Source: Octopus bimaculoides
Lineage: Eukaryota
Assembly (NCBI RefSeq): GCF_001194135.2
Contig: NC_069001.1
Location: forward strand, 16,405,168 to 16,469,167
Reading direction: 5' to 3'
Length of the DNA: 64,000 bases
A model generated the notes under the pieces. That model was given only the letters and a program-made list of their open reading frames with translations, did not search any database and was not told the DNA's origin. A program made the translations under genes and the position numbers. Each line of letters opens with the position of its first letter. The first letter of the stretch is position 1. Below are positions 63,653 to 64,000 of this stretch, piece after piece.

Positions 63653-64000
63653 ATCATCATCATCATCATCATCGTTTAACGTCCGCTTTCCATGCTAGCA
63701 TGGGTTGGACGATTTGACTGAGGACTGGTGAAACCGGATGGCAACACCAGGCTCCAGTCTGATTTGGCAGAGTTTCTACAGCTGGATGCCCTTCCTAACG
63801 CCAACCACTCAGAGAGTGTAGTGGGTGCTTTTACGTGTCACCCGCACGAAAACGGCCACGCTCGAAATGGTGTCTTTTATGTGCCACCCGCACAAGCCAG
63901 TCCAGGGGCACTGGCAACGATCTCGCTCGAAAATCCTACAGGAGCCAGTCAGGCGGTACTGGCAACGGCCACGCTCAAAATGGTGCATCTCATGTGCCAC
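63653..64000 (-). mobile_element. Young RTE LINE 3' end, runs off the window
   Basis: Nearly identical to 48697-49060; (CAT)n tail adjoins a TA/TG microsatellite. Confidence 0.9.

Overview
AT-rich, repeat-dense eukaryotic DNA with (TA)n, (CA)n, (ATCT)n, (CAT)n and (ATT)n microsatellites and six N-gaps. The SINE and LINE repertoire matches my recollection of octopus genomes; this is recall, not a search result. I found no host protein-coding exon I can support. Every ORF I could assign is a microsatellite translation, an N-run or a transposon remnant. The window holds three tRNA-headed SINE families (A, B, C here), an unclassified ~200-bp family (D), RTE-type and CR1/L2-like LINE remnants, two DD37D and two other Tc1/mariner relics, hAT, piggyBac and pogo-type MITEs, a Helentron-like element and a Gypsy integrase fragment. 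Most notable: (1) minimal type-I hammerhead-ribozyme-like motifs at 44922-44970 and as an inverted decayed pair at 9646-9743; (2) strong one-strand bias of family D; (3) alternating CpG-retained (1-3.5 kb, 17.1-25.8 kb) and CpG-depleted (3.6-17.1 kb, 26.4-64 kb) domains; (4) a mariner with an internal inversion; (5) a perfect 39-bp-arm palindrome. Repeat boundaries are by eye and approximate unless TSDs or TIRs are quoted.
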